DNA of 64,000 bases, taken from NCBI GenBank assembly GCA_035430005.1, contig DAOMFV010000005.1, positions 15,196 to 79,195 of the forward strand, written 5' to 3'. This document shows, in pieces, positions 62,989 to 64,000 of the stretch. The notes under the pieces were generated by a model. That model saw nothing but the letters and a program-made list of their open reading frames with translations, made no database searches and had not been told where the DNA came from. This stretch comes from Gemmatales bacterium (GTDB lineage Bacteria; Planctomycetota; Planctomycetia; Gemmatales; HRBIN36). Every line of letters starts with the position of its first letter. Within the stretch, counting starts at the first letter, position 1. A program made the position numbers and the translations under genes.

Positions 62989-64000
62989 CTAGTGATTGAA
63001 CAGGAACTCTTTAGCCGACATCATGGCCCAAAGAAGATCCTGGAAATTCTCTCGGGCGGCCTTCTGTGCATCGAGCTTCTGACCAGCAGCATTGACTCGT
63101 GGCTCTGCGAGGTAGCTGAGTGCCGCTTTCATTTCATCGGAGCGTGGCTCTCGGGCGAATGCCAGCAGGTACAACTCTTTGACCTTAGCTTCGGATGGGC
63201 GTGGGTCTTTGGCTAACTGCTCCGCTCGACCATTCGCATGAGCCAGCTTACCCCGAATATCCGAGGCGTTGATCATGTGCAGGCTCTGAGCCAGGTTTGA
63301 TGATTGCACTCGTTCACATTCACAGACACTTTCTCCTTCCGGCCGACCGAAGACCCGCAGAAACGGCGACGCGCGGTTATAACTGTTGTCGGGCAAGGCC
63401 ACCGCACGGGTGCCGGCAGGCAAGTTGGCGAAGTCAGTCTGAGTGCCAGCCAACTGATCGATGGCATCCAGCATCACTTCAGCAGACAGTCGACGGGGAT
63501 AGTACCGTGAATAGTTCTGACGGTCGCCGACGTTGTACTGGTTGGGAATGGCACTCAACTGGTAGGCATTGGATCGAGTGATGGCACGCACCAGTTCCTT
63601 CAGATCGTAACCACTCTTGATGAAGTGCTGTTCGAGCGCAGCCAGCAGTTCGGGGTTCGAGGGCGGGTTTGAGTCTCGAATGTCATCTTCGGGCTCGATC
63701 AGGCCACGCTGGAAGAAGTGCTTCCAGTAGCGGTTGACGAGCACCTTGGCGAAGAAAGGGTTCTTCGGCGACTTGAGCCAGTCTGCCAGACGAAGGCGGG
63801 GGTCTTCATCGGGTGCGATGGTCGGGACCTGGTCGCCGAACGCCGCCGGCTTGAGCGGCTTGCGGGTACGGGTATTGATAGCTGTCGGCATACCGCGCTT
63901 GTGGAAGATCAAATCTTCGCCACGAGTGCCGGAGGGCTTGCGACCAACCTGACCGAAGAAGGCGGCCAGCGCGTAGTAATCGTCCTGGCTCCAGCGTTCA
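62989..64000 (-). CDS. DUF1553 (PSD1) domain protein, C-terminal part (gene continues beyond the window end)
   Basis: ...ERWSQDDYYALAAFFGQV...VNRYWKHFFQRGLIEPEDDIRDSNPPSNPELL...CECER...LWAMMSAKEFLFNH*. The frame is open to position 64000. Confidence 0.85.
   Translation of the reverse strand, partial: ERWSQDDYYALAAFFGQVGRKPSGTRGEDLIFHKRGMPTAINTRTRKPLKPAAFGDQVPTIAPDEDPRLRLADWLKSPKNPFFAKVLVNRYWKHFFQRGLIEPEDDIRDSNPPSNPELLAALEQHFIKSGYDLKELVRAITRSNAYQLSAIPNQYNVGDRQNYSRYYPRRLSAEVMLDAIDQLAGTQTDFANLPAGTRAVALPDNSYNRASPFLRVFGRPEGESVCECERVQSSNLAQSLHMINASDIRGKLAHANGRAEQLAKDPRPSEAKVKELYLLAFAREPRSDEMKAALSYLAEPRVNAAGQKLDAQKAARENFQDLLWAMMSAKEFLFNH

Overview
This 64-kb window looks like a Planctomycetota-type chromosome segment. 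That is an inference from gene content: DUF1501/DUF1553 genes, a PEP-CTERM protein, ECF sigma + Ser/Thr-kinase-TPR pairs, and proteins starting with an L-E-x-L-E-D-R motif instead of a signal peptide.

Layout:
- 1-3.8 kb: a decay zone with an IS remnant, a TPR fragment and three decayed copies of a small HARE-HTH-like gene, plus a secreted alpha/beta hydrolase.
- 3.8-6.8 kb: a DevBCA/MacAB-like tripartite ABC exporter.
- 7.1-9.7 kb: a class II (c-prime-like) cytochrome c and an orphan HlyD adaptor, bracketed by two ~160-bp structured repeats.
- 10.2-19.2 kb: two ECF sigma / Ser-Thr kinase-TPR pairs separated by a second IS remnant.
- 19.3-26.9 kb: metzincin / FG-GAP propeller + 6 Ig-like modules / metzincin cluster. 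All three proteins share an unusual N-terminal motif.
- 27-34.5 kb: an accessory patch with a 4-copy dispersed repeat, DUF1501 + Gfo/Idh/MocA, a PEP-CTERM protein, a truncated helicase, a frameshifted DUF1016 nuclease and a tRNA 3' fragment.
- 34.5-59.2 kb: a contiguous respiratory island. It holds napD-napA-(tandem napB); a divergent cytochrome c / 4Fe-4S / NrfD-like module; rrf2; nrfHA; an outer-membrane barrel; a mono-haem unknown; a globin-coupled histidine kinase + REC + sigma54 activator; and a cbb3 oxidase cluster (ccoNO-Q-P-G-H-I-S).
- 59.3-64 kb: a DUF1553 / PPC-domain / DUF1501 operon.

The four candidates I consider most novel:
- (a) A globin-kinase / sigma54-activator circuit, with -24/-12 promoters in front of its own operon and of ccoNO.
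- (b) A cytochrome c-FeS-NrfD module that may replace NapC/NapGH for Nap.
- (c) The protease-propeller-protease cluster, with a shared non-classical N-terminal motif and a strongly conserved C-terminal tail.
- (d) A symmetric operator-like repeat over the divergent nap/cytochrome promoters, with an Rrf2 regulator encoded inside the operon.

No CRISPR array, rRNA or complete tRNA was found. All family assignments come from motif recognition by eye, not from database searches.
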